Positions 61,595 through 64,000 of a stretch of 64,000 nucleotides of DNA are shown one piece after another (the stretch's first letter is position 1; each line of letters starts with the position of its first letter). The position numbers and the translations under genes are program-made. Below the pieces are notes generated by a model. That model searched no databases, was not told the origin of the DNA, and worked only from the letters and a program-made list of their open reading frames with translations. The stretch comes from the human T2T-CHM13v2.0 reference genome, Homo sapiens. Location of the stretch: the NCBI RefSeq assembly GCF_009914755.1, contig NC_060929.1. One strand, 5' to 3'.

Positions 61595-61715
61595 ACTCAA
61601 CATATCTAGAATACAAGGACTTTGATGGCAAAGACCGTTATCTCTTTTGTTTACTGTGGTGTTCCTAGCGTTTAGCAAGAGTATCTGATACGTGATAACT
61701 ATTGTTGACGGAATC
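61595..61715 (+). mobile_element. L2 3' end remnant
   Basis: ctagaatacaagg..ggcaaagacc..ttgtttactgtggtgttcctagcgtttagca..attgttgacggaat. Confidence 0.55.
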
Positions 61716-63371
61716 ACTAAGTTAATACAGCATTCTCTATTCAAAAAAAATGTAGTTGGTATGTCCGTATAAATAATGAAGCAGGTATTTATTTGAGATA
61801 TAGACAATTAGTTATTAAACAAAGAACATATTAAAAGCACTACTCTCTATAGATCTGTTCTGATGTAGCTTTTACTCATTATGGAATTGTCCAGACAGGT
61901 TTTCTCCTTCTAACGTAAAACAGAAGCCAAAATGTTTTATCTAAATAATACAGTTAAGTACATATGTAGTTAAAACACACAGAAAACATGTAAATGTTAA
62001 AAACACCTTAAGTAATAATATTTATGGAAATATGATAATATAAAAATTCCAAAAAAATAGTATGCATTACACTTTATTTGTATGATAAGAAAGTGTGGGG
62101 ACATATAGAACAGACAAAAATAAAAGATGCCTCCTTGATTCCTTTGTTAGGAAGCTGGCTGCACTGTGGCAAGTGGTGTGATCCTAGAAGTCATGGTTTA
62201 CAAAGGATAATCAGAGGATACTTTGGGGCTGACATTGAGGATATTTACTACTTATCCAAATGTAGATGTACAAGAGTTACTTATATTCATTCACGCATTC
62301 AGAAACTACTTTTTTAATAGCATAGTTTGTTGGAAACTGTCCTAAGTGTTAGAGAAAGAATTAATCCAGAGAGAAACATTCTTGCTTTCCAGATAGAAAA
62401 AATAATATTGAGATTGCCAAAGAAACAGGAAAGATAATTTTTTGAAATGGAAAGAGTTGTCAATATTGTTTATTCACAGACAATTTAGAAACTCAAAAAT
62501 ACCCTTGAACTTAGCTGCACACAGGTCACTATTGGCTTTGGCCAGAGCAATATACATAAAGAGATGGAAGTAGAGGCTAGATTCTGATTTTCCAATTTGC
62601 AAGGGTTTCATACTGACTGCTGTAACTCATAGTTTGTTCTGGTAAATCACACCACTGAAAATTAGAATATTTATTTAGGCAAGGAGCAGAGGTAGAAGGC
62701 ATGCAGTGAGACATGGTGATGGTGTACTATTGTCTCCTTCAACTTCTTGTTAAGTATATTTGGATATATGGAATATTTAATTTTGGTGTGAAAATTAAGC
62801 AAAATAATACAACCATATGCACAGTTTAAAGATCAAAGATGCTGTTCACTAAAATGTAGATTAAAATGGCACTGGCCCAGTTTGAGACAAAGTATTCTGA
62901 AATAGAAAATTCTTTAGTACACTCTGAAAATGCTTTTTAGCAATTGCTTTATTACTCTAGTGCTTCAGTTTCATCTCCTCTTCATAATAATTGATGAAAG
63001 AGTTTATGATATTACTAAATTAGCCACCATTTATTTTGTAGAGATAGAGCAAATGCAAGCTTTATTATATCAAACATCATATCAGTTCCTTAGTATTTTC
63101 TATTACTTTTCCTGGGAACAGTAAAAGAAATAGAAATTTATATTGGATTTCTGTGGGTTCTGGAGTTGTTTTGTTGAGCCGTATTTTCTCAAAAAGTAGA
63201 GAATATAATGAATTGATTTTTATAGGTAAAATCAATATTATATATTGATTACGCAAATTATATTACTATATGACATGTAAACATATACTATATGACATGT
63301 AAACAAACTTTATTTTATATGAACATGTGCCTAATATATTAGCTATTTTGTAAACTATATACATACATATG

Positions 63372-64000
63372 TGATATGATTTGGCTATGTCCCCACTCAA
63401 ATTTCATGTTGCATTGTAGTTCCCATAATCCCCATGTGTCGAGGGAGGGACCCAGTGAGAGGTAATTTAATCATACGGTAGTCACCCTCATGCTGTTCTT
63501 GTGATAGTGAGTGAGTTCTCATGAGAGCTGATGTTTTTTTAAGGTGCTTTTCCCCCGCTTGCTAGGCACTTCTCTTACCTGCTGCCATGTAAGAGGTGTC
63601 TTTGCTTCTCCTCAGCTTTCCACCATGATTGTGAGGCCTCCTCAGCCAGGTGAAGCTATGAGTCCATTAATCCTATTTTTCTATATAAATTACCCAGTCT
63701 CATATATGTCTTTATTAGCAGTGTGAGAACAGACTAATACAGTACCTTGATATCAGGAGTAGGGTGCTTCTATAAGGATATCTGAAAGTGTGGAAGCGAC
63801 TTTGGAACTGGGTAACAGGCGGAGGTTGGAACAGTTTGGAAAGCTCAGAAGATAGGAAAATGTGGGAAAGTTTGGAACTTCCTAGAGACTTGTTGAATGG
63901 CTTTGCCCAAAACTGTGATAGTGATATGGACAATGAAGTCCAGGATGAGGTGCCCTTAGATGGAGATGAGAAACTTGTTGGGAACTAGAGAAAAGGTGAC
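63372..64000 (+). mobile_element. THE1D-like element: 5' LTR 63372-63741 plus start of the internal region, cut by the window end
   Basis: tgatatgatttggctatgtcccc..gactaataca, then internal sequence homologous to 24121-24375. Confidence 0.93.

Noticed and set aside
63264-63305. 22-bp tandem duplication tactatatgacatgtaaaca
   Set aside because: Ordinary slippage duplication.

Overview
AT-rich primate (probably human) non-genic or deep-intronic DNA, dominated by interspersed repeats: 12 Alus (J/S/Y), many L1 pieces including a near full-length L1PA15/16-like copy and two 5'-inverted L1s, L2/MIR remnants, a full-length THE1, several solo MaLR/ERVL/ERV1 LTRs, an ERV integrase relic and microsatellites. 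There is no intact protein-coding gene, RNA gene or CRISPR array, and almost every ORF in the track is repeat-derived noise. The one gene-derived feature is an old, disabled processed pseudogene of UBXN2A (minus strand, CDS relic ~108-936). The best observation is a 57-bp antisense-L1 cassette inside it, inserted exactly between the codons for H-R and V and bounded where antisense L1 carries AG/GT splice signals, i.e. a probable fossil of an L1-exonised UBXN2A isoform. The window also has several locally templated duplications and insertions (direct and inverted), an Alu landing on an L1 twin-priming junction, and a set of DUX4-motif-bearing LTRs. I see no evidence of a new multi-gene biological system. 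Repeat subfamily names and the UBXN2A comparison come from recalled consensus/protein sequences and need RepeatMasker/BLAST confirmation.
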